DNA of 64,000 nucleotides from positions 53,689 to 117,688 of the IMG/VR virus record IMGVR_UViG_3300042541_001760. The stretch is one strand, 5' to 3'. Positions 26,088 to 33,895 of the stretch are shown here, one piece after another. Positions within the stretch are counted from its first letter, which is position 1, and each line of letters begins with the position of its first letter. Source of the DNA: a virus. The notes below the pieces were generated by a model, which was given only the letters and a program-made list of their open reading frames with translations, was not told where the DNA came from and ran no database searches. Both the position numbers and the translations under genes were made by a program.

Positions 26088-26270
26088 ATGAAAAATGTAT
26101 TTTATGTATTTGCTTTAGCATCTTCTCTATTCTTCTCTTCTTGTGGTGGATCCACAGAAGAACAACCTGTAGCATCTGATTCAACGATGGTTGATTCTTG
26201 CTCAGTTGACACTTGTAAAGTTGATACTTGTAAGGTAGGTAGTGTTAAAGTGGATACTATTAAAAAGTAA
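26088..26270 (+). CDS. Small putative lipoprotein with VDTCK tandem repeats
   Basis: 60 aa. Signal peptide with Cys (LFFSSCGG). Repeats VDSCSVDTCKVDTCKV. Confidence 0.35.
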   Translation: MKNVFYVFALASSLFFSSCGGSTEEQPVASDSTMVDSCSVDTCKVDTCKVGSVKVDTIKK

Positions 26271-26358
26271 CCATATACTATCTAAGAGATTAGCCCTGTT
26301 CTTTTTAAGGATGGGGTTTTTTATTTACATAATGTAGTATTTATTTAAAACACGAATT

Positions 26359-27102
26359 ATGAATTTAATAAGAATAGCGCAAAAACTAAGTAGGTTCTTT
26401 ACTCGCCAAAACAGAGCGAGTGATGTTTTAAGTGAATTAATAAGAGACAAAAAACATAGGGAATTTTTTAATGCGGTAAAACCTTTAGATGGGATTAAAT
26501 TAGCATTCCTTATAAATGGTGTTAATAAGGGGTTAGATTTAGAATCAATGTTAGTAGAGATTGAAAATAACCTAATTTCATTCACAGTAGTGGAGTTTGA
26601 AGATGTCGCATCAATGGTTACTTGTAATGAGTGTAATGGTAATGAGACGATTAGTTGCGATTATTGTGGTGGTGATGGTTATATTAGCAGTGATGATGAT
26701 GATGAAGACGATGAAGAGTGTGACCATTGTGGTGGTGACGGATATGAACTATGTGACCATTGCGATGGAAACGGAGAAATTGAGGATGATACAACAACCG
26801 ATTATACAATTTCAACTTATGTCACTTTTGATAGTAAATTAAGTGAGGACGCTGAATTACTTTATAGTGATGATATGGAAGTAACTAAAGACACGTTAAA
26901 CCTTAATTTTATGAACCCAAAATTAATTTATTTGGGTATGGAGCGACGTAGTGGTGAAAACGATAATATAGATGAAGATTATTGGGGTAATTCTTATGTC
27001 AATGACATTGACCGTGAAAACGACCCCAATACCTATTTTAGATCTAACTCAATAACAATTAATAGAAATATTTCTAATTTATCTCACACATTTAGAGGTT
27101 AG
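26359..27102 (+). CDS. DnaJ-type zinc-finger (4x CxxCxGxG) acidic protein
   Basis: 247 aa. Repeats CNECNGNE, CDYCGGDG, CDHCGGDG and CDHCDGNG separated by acidic runs. A GTATTTATTT box sits 13 nt upstream of the start. Confidence 0.55.
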   Translation: MNLIRIAQKLSRFFTRQNRASDVLSELIRDKKHREFFNAVKPLDGIKLAFLINGVNKGLDLESMLVEIENNLISFTVVEFEDVASMVTCNECNGNETISCDYCGGDGYISSDDDDEDDEECDHCGGDGYELCDHCDGNGEIEDDTTTDYTISTYVTFDSKLSEDAELLYSDDMEVTKDTLNLNFMNPKLIYLGMERRSGENDNIDEDYWGNSYVNDIDRENDPNTYFRSNSITINRNISNLSHTFRG

Positions 27103-27431
27103 AATTTATTTCTATGAATATCATTCTCAAGTCTAAGTCGGTCATTTTCTTTCTGAAGATAATCAACTTGGATGTGTAGTTTAGCAACCTCAGCGGTTAG
27201 TTCCGTAATTGTAATTCTCATTAACTCCTTATCTTTTGAGGACTCCTCCAACAAAGTTTCTAACTTAACAACTCTTTCTCTAAGATCGTCGCGATACATC
27301 ATATCATCTCTATGACCTATCATTTCCTTCTTAGTTTGTATTGCTAATTTTCTCTCCCAGAATTTCCATGCCGCGGTAGAGGTTAGTACAGTGATAAGTG
27401 TTATTACGATTGTATATACCTGTTGTTCCAT
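27099..27431 (-). CDS. N-terminal TM helix plus coiled-coil protein (i-spanin-like topology)
   Basis: 110 aa. The TM segment VYTIVITLITVLTSTAAW is followed by a heptad-rich coiled coil. Confidence 0.4.
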   Translation of the reverse strand: MEQQVYTIVITLITVLTSTAAWKFWERKLAIQTKKEMIGHRDDMMYRDDLRERVVKLETLLEESSKDKELMRITITELTAEVAKLHIQVDYLQKENDRLRLENDIHRNKF

Positions 27432-27489
27432 AGCTATTTACTTTTACAAATAAATATCTACAATTACTCGTTTTTTTTAGTTTTGTAAG

Positions 27490-27810
27490 TTATTGTTTAA
27501 ATATGTTTACAAAACCTGTGATGGTTAGTGTTACACCAGCAACAAACATAATATTATTTGGTGTATTTAAAAAAATGTTAGGTTTAACGTAGGTTGAAGT
27601 GTATGAATTTTTAAAAGATGAGTAACTACTTACCCACTCTCCATCCGCCCTATTTTGGAGAATGGCGGCAGTTAATAAACTACCACCACTAACCGTTAGT
27701 ACCAAAGACACATTTTTGTTTTTTGAAACAGTCATATGTTGAGCCTCTGTGTTACCACAAAGACCCAACACTAACAACAAGACAAAAATAACTATTTTAA
27801 AGTTTTTCAT
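27490..27810 (-). CDS. Signal-peptide protein (possible lipoprotein/o-spanin-like)
   Basis: 106 aa. N-terminus MKNFKIVIFVLLLVLGLCGN with a Cys after the hydrophobic core. Confidence 0.4.
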   Translation of the reverse strand: MKNFKIVIFVLLLVLGLCGNTEAQHMTVSKNKNVSLVLTVSGGSLLTAAILQNRADGEWVSSYSSFKNSYTSTYVKPNIFLNTPNNIMFVAGVTLTITGFVNIFKQ

Positions 27811-28858
27811 ATTTCGGTTTGATTAATTTCCATATTATGGATGAATAATCTTTCTTGTCCCACATTGAGAACATAACCGAATGTAGTTCTTTCTTTATAT
27901 ATTTTTGAACGAACTCAGCAAATTCTTTCTTTGTGGGTTCAGGATAAACATCACCATACTTACCATATCTAAATCCGTCGTGATTTTTACCGCAATACTC
28001 AGATATTTGGAAATGATTGTATTTCAAATCTCTAGCATACACTTTTATCTTATGGAAAAACTCATCAGGGACATCTTTAAGTATTTCATTTATGTCATCA
28101 CCTGAACTCAATACATCCCAAACAGATGTGGTGGATACATTGGTCATTATTTTATGTAAACGAAGATACTCAGCACCTTTTATCTTCATTCGGTTACCAT
28201 TAGAGAATTTAACAACGAATCCCTCCTCATTACTATTTATCAAATCCTTCAAAGTGGAGTAATCACTGATGCCGTCATATTTTTTAACCAGTTTGAAACC
28301 TATATTGGATATTAGATTTTTATGTCTTATATCCTCGTCATCACCATCGTGTAATTTAACCTCATACCCTGTCTTGGTATTTATCATACCCAATAACACC
28401 AAATCTTCAAATGGGTATTTTACCACTATACGATTCTGGTTATATATGATTTCAAAAAGGTAAGTATAATCTTTATGAAGTTTATCAAAATCGTAGTTAA
28501 ACATCATCTCATACCCTTTAACCGCTTGATCGGAAGTAAATGACCCACGAGTTGCCATTATCCAACCACCTTCATAATAGAAGAATATACCCAAAGACCC
28601 ATCCATCTTTTCATAAACATCAAAATCTGAAGTTGGGGTATGTTTACCCTCATCCATATTAAAGAATTTCTTGAATGGTCTGGCAACGATATTTCCCTTA
28701 TCGTCAGTAACAAGACCGCGAGTTTGTAGGGTAACATCATTCCATAAACCTTCATATTGGACTTTCTCAGAATAGTTCCATATAGTCAAAGGGAGGGTTG
28801 GATGTACTTGTTTGTACACCAACCCGTCATCATAATATGTGTTAAGTTTATTCACCAT
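27797..28858 (-). CDS. ATP-dependent RNA ligase, T4 Rnl1-like
   Basis: 353 aa. Nucleotidyltransferase motif I EKMDGSLGIFF (KxDGS). Motif IV EEGFVVKF. Motif V lysines KIKGAEY. Confidence 0.75.
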   Translation of the reverse strand: MVNKLNTYYDDGLVYKQVHPTLPLTIWNYSEKVQYEGLWNDVTLQTRGLVTDDKGNIVARPFKKFFNMDEGKHTPTSDFDVYEKMDGSLGIFFYYEGGWIMATRGSFTSDQAVKGYEMMFNYDFDKLHKDYTYLFEIIYNQNRIVVKYPFEDLVLLGMINTKTGYEVKLHDGDDEDIRHKNLISNIGFKLVKKYDGISDYSTLKDLINSNEEGFVVKFSNGNRMKIKGAEYLRLHKIMTNVSTTSVWDVLSSGDDINEILKDVPDEFFHKIKVYARDLKYNHFQISEYCGKNHDGFRYGKYGDVYPEPTKKEFAEFVQKYIKKELHSVMFSMWDKKDYSSIIWKLIKPKYEKL

Positions 28859-29057
28859 CTGATTCTTTATTTTTAATTGCCTCGTCTAATGTGTTATTAA
28901 TATGTCGGTATAAAACAACCAAGGTGTTAATTATAATTAATCCAATCCACCAATCAATATCATTAACACCATCAGGAAAAAAATTAGTCAAAATAAGACC
29001 TAAAGTCGCCCCGAAAGCAAAATTAAACGCAAATCTAACGAACGACGGATTATTCAT
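28848..29057 (-). CDS. Small two-TM membrane protein (holin-like topology)
   Basis: 69 aa with two hydrophobic segments. Overlaps the ligase gene by 11 nt. Confidence 0.4.
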   Translation of the reverse strand: MNNPSFVRFAFNFAFGATLGLILTNFFPDGVNDIDWWIGLIIINTLVVLYRHINNTLDEAIKNKESDGE

Positions 29058-29070
29058 ATTTTTTATTTAG

Positions 29071-29144
29071 TGGGCCATCTTGGACTCGAACCAAGGACTT
29101 GCGGATTATGAGTCCGATACTCTAACCAACTGAGTTAAAAGCCC
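29071..29144 (-). tRNA. tRNA-Met (CAT) (elongator or Ile-lysidine type not distinguishable by eye)
   Basis: Reverse complement GGGCTTT-TA-ACTC-AGTTGGTTA-GAGT-A-TCGGA-CTCATAA-TCCGC-AAGTC-CTTGG-TTCGAGT-CCAAG-ATGGCCC-A. Good cloverleaf. One mismatch in the acceptor stem and one in the anticodon stem. Confidence 0.7.
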
Positions 29145-29323
29145 TAATTATTTTACAAATATACAATTTTATTTTTAATCCTCCAAATCCAAATCGTCAA
29201 ATCTATTATTTTTTTGTGGTTTAGATTTGGAGGTTTTAACCTTTTTACTTTGATTGTTACTTTTTGACTTAGGTTGGTCGTTCTTCTGACTACGATATGT
29301 CTTGCCCATTTTTAATTTAATTA

Positions 29324-29998
29324 TTATCCTACGATTCCTTTAATATCATCTGTGTGGTGGTCAAATCCCATTTCAGAACTGATTGGTTGTTTATCCAACA
29401 TAGGAACAACCTCAGTCATTAGGTTATATGGTCTGAATTCAGGGTGACCATCCATTCCAACATCCATTCTCTTACCATTACCAAATCGTTTATCTGTCGG
29501 CAAGTGACAATGCCCGTGAAGGTGACCAATACCCTTGTTTAATCCATCCCAAGATGAAATTGGGTAGTGCATAATGACAAATTTATTTGAACCCATTATT
29601 AGTTCAGTATATTGGTCAACACTTTTAAATAGACCCCTAACTCCGTCTTTATTGTTACTGATATGGTGGTCGTGATTACCAAGAGTTAGGTGAATGTTTT
29701 TACACACAAGTCGATCCCAAAATTTACGAATGTTCTCAAAACCACCAAAACTCCAATCACCAAGGTGAATTAGAATATCATCCTGACCCACAACCTCATT
29801 GATATTACGAACAATAGTGTCATTCATTTCATCAAGAGATGAAAAATCACGAGTTTGGTCAACAGGAATAGTTCCATCAGCCAATCTCCAATCTGTAACA
29901 CCCCTACAAATATTTTTATGACCGAAGTGAGTGTCGGAAGTAATCCAAACATTTGGAAAACGACCTTTACTATCTGCGGTTATTTTAATTGGTTTCAT
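29324..29998 (-). CDS. Calcineurin-like metallophosphoesterase (candidate 2',3'-phosphatase of an RNA-repair set)
   Basis: 224 aa. Full motif set SDTHFGH, HLGDWSFGG, LGNHDHH, HGHCHLP. Confidence 0.75.
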   Translation of the reverse strand: MKPIKITADSKGRFPNVWITSDTHFGHKNICRGVTDWRLADGTIPVDQTRDFSSLDEMNDTIVRNINEVVGQDDILIHLGDWSFGGFENIRKFWDRLVCKNIHLTLGNHDHHISNNKDGVRGLFKSVDQYTELIMGSNKFVIMHYPISSWDGLNKGIGHLHGHCHLPTDKRFGNGKRMDVGMDGHPEFRPYNLMTEVVPMLDKQPISSEMGFDHHTDDIKGIVG

Positions 29999-30276
29999 AG
30001 TTTTGTTTTTTCGTGTGATATGTACTTGTATTTCTTAACACTTTTTGAAATTAATGTTCCATTCTTCCTAACAAGATCCCAATCTTCATTTATATAAATG
30101 TAATCATAATAGACGACATTTATGGTATCTCTTTTTTTATCTAAATGGATTATTTCAAGTTTATCCGAATAAATGGCTTTATTACCTGTCATATTAGGAT
30201 TACAGGTTTGTATTGTTATGAAGAATGTCAATAACAATCCTGTTAAGAAAATGTATTTTAAAAATTTAGAAGACAT
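29995..30276 (-). CDS. Putative lipoprotein
   Basis: 93 aa. Signal peptide ending FFITIQTCN. Confidence 0.4.
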   Translation of the reverse strand: MSSKFLKYIFLTGLLLTFFITIQTCNPNMTGNKAIYSDKLEIIHLDKKRDTINVVYYDYIYINEDWDLVRKNGTLISKSVKKYKYISHEKTKL

Positions 30277-30478
30277 ATGCGATTAATTGGAATACTGCGA
30301 TTATGGTTAATAGTAATGAAGTGCCAAATAAAAACATTTGAATTAGAATTGACATTGATGAGTATTTACCGTTTCTTGGGGATATGAAGTTTCTTAGCAT
30401 TTTTAGTTTATTTTAGTTTGTCAAAGGTAATATAAATAATCGGTTAAAACAAATTTTTTGTGGATGGAGTAGGAAACA

Positions 30479-30781
30479 TTATCCCCATCCCCTATTAAAA
30501 CCAACCTTTTCTTCATCACGACCAATTGACTGAGTAATTAACATATGTTTTGTAACATCTTCAGGACTCAACCAACCAACAACATCGTTATTATCTGAAG
30601 TCCATATCTCAAAGGTATTGACACCATCACCATATAAACCCTGAGACCCACCAACAACGGATATTGAATGTCCGTTTGGAAAATCCAATGTCGCTTGAAC
30701 TCCACCCCTACTATTTGGGTGGGGATTAAAGACCAAATCATCAAATGTTTTTACTTTAAATTTTTCAAAAAAATCTTTCAT
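30479..30781 (-). CDS. Hypothetical protein
   Basis: 100-aa ORF. Confidence 0.45.
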   Translation of the reverse strand: MKDFFEKFKVKTFDDLVFNPHPNSRGGVQATLDFPNGHSISVVGGSQGLYGDGVNTFEIWTSDNNDVVGWLSPEDVTKHMLITQSIGRDEEKVGFNRGWG

Positions 30782-30957
30782 AATATAGTTTTTAAATTGT
30801 TAGTATCCCTTTATTTGTTGGATTTTAGTACCAACACCCAATCTCGTAACTACTGATGCGGATAATTCACCCGTTACCGTTTGATTGGACTGAGTGGCTT
30901 CACTAGTAACGTCAACCAAATTATCTGTTGTTAACGTTTAACCCCCACTCTTGTTGT

Positions 30958-31037
30958 GATCAGGACAGGATTCGAACCTGCTTTAGGGCTTACGACCTAT
31001 GATAATCTATTTACGACAACAACCATGTCGCCACCTG
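30958..31037 (-). tRNA. Aberrant tRNA-like element / possible tRNA pseudogene
   Basis: The reverse complement has acceptor GGTCAGG...CCTGATC-A and a canonical T-arm GCAGG-TTCGAAT-CCTGT. I could not fold a canonical anticodon arm from the intervening 31 nt. Confidence 0.3.
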
Positions 31038-31260
31038 ACCATTTCCCCACCTTGAGATTATTGGTGAGTAGTTATTTCGGTTTTTTCTTCTGTTCCAAAA
31101 CCTGTGAGGCGTCCCTCGTGAAAACAGTCAATCCTTACTTGGAAGCTAGCGGATAAGCTAACTTTGACTCCAATGAGTAGTCAATTAAAGCTGATACTAC
31201 CAAACACTTACCTATTGTTTAAGTCTTAAGTTAAAGACTCTGAGTATCTCTTACTCATTG

Positions 31261-31348
31261 TGGGTAGAGAGGGACTCGAACCCCCGATGTTTTGTCATAT
31301 GACCTTTGATCTACAATCAAAGCCGTTCGCCGCTACGGTAACCTACCC
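31261..31348 (-). tRNA. tRNA-Tyr (GTA), type II with long variable arm
   Basis: Reverse complement GGGTAGG...TTTGA-TTGTAGA-TCAAA-(variable arm GGTCATATGAC...)-GGGGG-TTCGAGT-CCCTC-TCTACCC-A. Anticodon loop TTGTAGA. Confidence 0.65.
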
Positions 31349-31460
31349 GACGTTAAAAAATAGGAAAATAGAAGATGGGCGAGTGGACATCTATTTTTAT
31401 GATTAGCATTACTTGGATTCACCTCCACCAATAATGGTATTCCCTAATCAACCTATCAAG

Positions 31461-31532
31461 AGGGTGGTGAGGGATTCAAACCCCCGTTGTTCTCCTTTGC
31501 AGGGAGATGCCTAATCGCTCGACCAACCACCC
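31461..31532 (-). tRNA. tRNA-Cys (GCA)
   Basis: Reverse complement GGGTGGT-TG-GTCGAGCGATTAGGCA-TCTCC-CTGCAAA-GGAGA-ACAAC-GGGGG-TTTGAAT-CCCTC-ACCACCC-T. Perfect 7-bp acceptor stem. Confidence 0.7.
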
Positions 31533-31573
31533 TTTTAAACACCCCCAACATTAAGTCAGGGGTGTTGATTTTT

Positions 31574-32401
31574 TTAATTAATGTTATACATCATATTTGA
31601 CCCATTACCTGTCATTACACTTGGTAATGTTCCGTTCCACTTATCAAGATACATTTTCTTAAGTAGTTCAGGTGTCAAGTTACGTTGTTGTAGTTCATAA
31701 GCCTTAGCCTCTGATTGCGCCCGAATTACCATTTGTGCGGAGTCACCTCTTGCCACTGCGATTTTTTGGTTAGCCTGAGCAACTGAGATTTTAACCTTAT
31801 TTTCCTCAGTTTGTGCGTTCTGAACCGCCCGATTCTTTAGAGTAATTGACTCAACCAATGCCGGTGGTGGTGTCAGATTACTTGTTAATTGAGCCAATAG
31901 GAATCCTTTTGGTTTAACTTGAGCAATGAATCTCTGTCGTACTGTATTCTCAAAAAGTTGTCGATTCATTAGTAAACTATCGGGAGTAAAATCCCCCGCA
32001 GTTGAACGAAACGCTTCTAACATACAGGTCTTTAAGAATCCATCCTCAATTTCGGGTAGGTCTCGTCGGAACGTCTCAAAGATAGAACTTACCGAATCTG
32101 AAATTACACTATAGTTGATGGCGGGAATTGCAGTAAAGATAGTTCCACCCTTCATAGTTACCTCAATGGTGTCATACTCCTTGTGTTGTACATAAGTCGG
32201 CCACTCATATACTTGACTCATCCACGGAATATAGAATTGCCATCCCGTTACTAATTCTGTTTTACTAACACCTTTTTCAGATGCGGTGTTGTTTACTTTA
32301 ATACCTACGTGACCTGCGTCAATTCGCTCACAAGAAGCGGGAATAAACATTAAAAAGGATCCGAGGACTACGAACAATGCAATTATTTTAATTTTTGACA
32401 T
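31574..32401 (-). CDS. SPFH/band-7 (HflC/prohibitin-like) membrane protein
   Basis: 275 aa. N-terminal TM segment followed by ERIDAGHVGIKV...LVTGWQFYIPW... A C-terminal Ala/Gln-rich helix ISVAQANQKIAVARGDSAQMVIRAQSEAKAYELQ is typical of HflC/HflK. Confidence 0.8.
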   Translation of the reverse strand: MSKIKIIALFVVLGSFLMFIPASCERIDAGHVGIKVNNTASEKGVSKTELVTGWQFYIPWMSQVYEWPTYVQHKEYDTIEVTMKGGTIFTAIPAINYSVISDSVSSIFETFRRDLPEIEDGFLKTCMLEAFRSTAGDFTPDSLLMNRQLFENTVRQRFIAQVKPKGFLLAQLTSNLTPPPALVESITLKNRAVQNAQTEENKVKISVAQANQKIAVARGDSAQMVIRAQSEAKAYELQQRNLTPELLKKMYLDKWNGTLPSVMTGNGSNMMYNIN

Positions 32402-32627
32402 TTTGGTTTGGTTTGTTTTTATTGATTAGTGAAGTTAGAAAATTTACTGTTTGATAAAATGCGAATCCGATTATACATAACCCTATGATTACTGTGGGGG
32501 TATCAGGTTGGGTACATAGGTATACTCCCGATATGGCAATCAAACCTAATAGGATTAATTTTGAAATTGTGTCCCATAAGGGATCATTAATTAGTTTCAT
32601 ATAAATTGGTTTTAGATTGTTTGACAA
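32388..32627 (-). CDS. Small two-TM membrane protein, translationally coupled to the SPFH gene (possible holin or NfeD-like partner)
   Basis: 79 aa with two hydrophobic helices. 14-nt overlap with the SPFH gene. Confidence 0.45.
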   Translation of the reverse strand: MSNNLKPIYMKLINDPLWDTISKLILLGLIAISGVYLCTQPDTPTVIIGLCIIGFAFYQTVNFLTSLINKNKPNQNVKN

Positions 32628-32661
32628 AGATACAAAATTAATTCAATAAACCAAAATTATT

Positions 32662-32895
32662 TTAATAATCCTTATCGTCGTCGTATGATTTAATATTTGC
32701 GAGTTCAATATTTAACCTCTTAACCTCATCGTTTAATAGTTTAATATCTTCCAATCTTTCTTTCAAAACAGAAAATGAATAATTAATTATTTCTTTTTCT
32801 GAATCTGTTAAATCTTCTTTTTTTATTAAGAGATAATTTAACACACCGTCAGTATATTCTTCTTTGGGGGTTTTGAATAAACTATCTTTCATCAT
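32662..32895 (-). CDS. Hypothetical protein
   Basis: 77-aa ORF, coiled-coil-like. Confidence 0.4.
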   Translation of the reverse strand: MMKDSLFKTPKEEYTDGVLNYLLIKKEDLTDSEKEIINYSFSVLKERLEDIKLLNDEVKRLNIELANIKSYDDDKDY

Positions 32896-32898
32896 ATT

Positions 32899-33132
32899 TT
32901 AAAAAATTGAATGGTCTCCGTGACTATTATCCCATTCATCAGGAATATAAGGATTGGTGTTAATAGGTTCGGGTTGGATTGTGTCAGAAATAACACATAA
33001 TAGATCCAATCCCTCTGACTGAGCGGAATCCGATTGGTAAATACTTTCACCATATGGATATTTGCTAAAGTAAGCATCAAGAAGATTTACAACTTCCGTT
33101 ATTTTTTGGTTGTTCCAATTAATATTATACAT
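32899..33132 (-). CDS. Hypothetical protein
   Basis: 77-aa ORF. The overlapping 62-aa ORF 32892-33080 in another frame is probably spurious. Confidence 0.4.
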   Translation of the reverse strand: MYNINWNNQKITEVVNLLDAYFSKYPYGESIYQSDSAQSEGLDLLCVISDTIQPEPINTNPYIPDEWDNSHGDHSIF

Positions 33133-33151
33133 TGTTATGGGGTTTTTTAAG

Positions 33152-33235
33152 AGCCGAGGGCCGGATTCGAACCGGCGAGGACTTAATGTCTCCTGATTAC
33201 AAATCAGGTGTAATCAACCACTATACGACCTCGGC
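33152..33235 (-). tRNA. Type II tRNA (long variable arm) with anomalous anticodon loop TTTGTAA
   Basis: Reverse complement GCCGAGG-TC-GTA-TAGTGGTTGAT-TAC-A-CCTGA-TTTGTAA-TCAGG-(AGACATTAAGTCCTC)-GCCGG-TTCGAAT-CCGGC-CCTCGGC-T. Perfect acceptor stem and a type II D-arm. Standard numbering gives anticodon UGU (Thr), which does not fit a Leu/Ser/Tyr-type body. Confidence 0.55.
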
Positions 33236-33245
33236 TTATTTTTAG

Positions 33246-33319
33246 TGATCCCGATTGGATTCGAACCAATGACCTACGCATTAGAAGTGCGTTGCTCTAT
33301 CCTGCTGAGCTACGGAACC
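33246..33319 (-). tRNA. tRNA-Arg (TCT)
   Basis: Reverse complement GGTTCCG-TA-GCTC-AGCAGGATA-GAGC-A-ACGCA-CTTCTAA-TGCGT-AGGTC-ATTGG-TTCGAAT-CCAAT-CGGGATC-A. Confidence 0.7.
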
Positions 33320-33326
33320 ATATTAT

Positions 33327-33494
33327 TTAAATCTTTCTCACTTCATACTTATAACCACTATCAGAATTTTTCTCCATAATATCTCTCATCTTATCCGCTT
33401 CCTCAAAAGTATCAAATTCTAAGACCTCATTATGGGTATCAATTATAATAACCGGCATTTCAACACCTTTATTGTTTTTAATGAATTTTAAAAT
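33327..33494 (-). CDS. Small ORF (55 aa) between tRNA genes, not in the supplied track
   Basis: ATG at 33492-33494 (MYVILKFIKNNKGVEMPVIIIDTHNEVLEFDTFEEADKMRDIMEKNSDSGYKYEVRKI). Below the 60-aa threshold of the track. Confidence 0.3.
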   Translation of the reverse strand: MLKFIKNNKGVEMPVIIIDTHNEVLEFDTFEEADKMRDIMEKNSDSGYKYEVRKI

Positions 33495-33587
33495 TACGTA
33501 CATACTCCACTATTAATTATCGTTTTATTTTGTTTTACAAAGGTAATATAAATTTATCAAAACTACAACATCTTTATATTTTTTTTG

Positions 33588-33662
33588 TACTCCCGACGGG
33601 GGTCGAACCCGCAATTTCCACCTTGAAAGAGTGGCGGCTTAAACCAATTCGCCTACAGGAGC
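33588..33662 (-). tRNA. tRNA-Glu (TTC)
   Basis: Reverse complement GCTCCTG-TA-...-CCACT-CTTTCAA-GGTGG-AAATT-GCGGG-TTCGACC-CCCGT-CGGGAGT-A. Anticodon loop CTTTCAA as in E. coli tRNA-Glu. The acceptor has G:U pairs. Confidence 0.6.
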
Positions 33663-33895
33663 ATTTGTGAGTACAAAGATACAAAAACATTTCAAAGAAC
33701 AAAACTTATTTAAAACAAAAAACCCACCTCTTTTTGGGAGATGGGTTTGAATATTTTGATTTACCACAATATTACAACATCTCCCTTCGGCTTAATCTCT
33801 CCTCCGTTCTATACGTTGTATTATATGTTTGGTTTAAATTTTTCATATGACAAATGTAGTAATAATAATATATAAGTATATAAGTTTTTAAAAAA

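Noticed and set aside
27099-27810. Confident spanin pair call
   Set aside because: The TM plus coiled-coil topology of 27099-27431 fits an i-spanin. The upstream signal-peptide protein lacks a clean lipobox and the gene order is inverted relative to typical Rz/Rz1. Kept only as low-confidence features.
30956-31156. 66-aa + ORF spanning the tRNA-like element
   Set aside because: It overlaps RNA structure and is in an ORF-poor tRNA cluster. It has no start-proximal promoter box.
30940-33700. tRNA cluster as a sign of an integrated element, attachment site or group I intron
   Set aside because: No integrase or recombinase is in the window. No group I intron core motifs could be recognised by eye. 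The tRNAs are interleaved with ordinary phage genes. They are most simply phage-encoded tRNAs compensating AT-rich codon usage.
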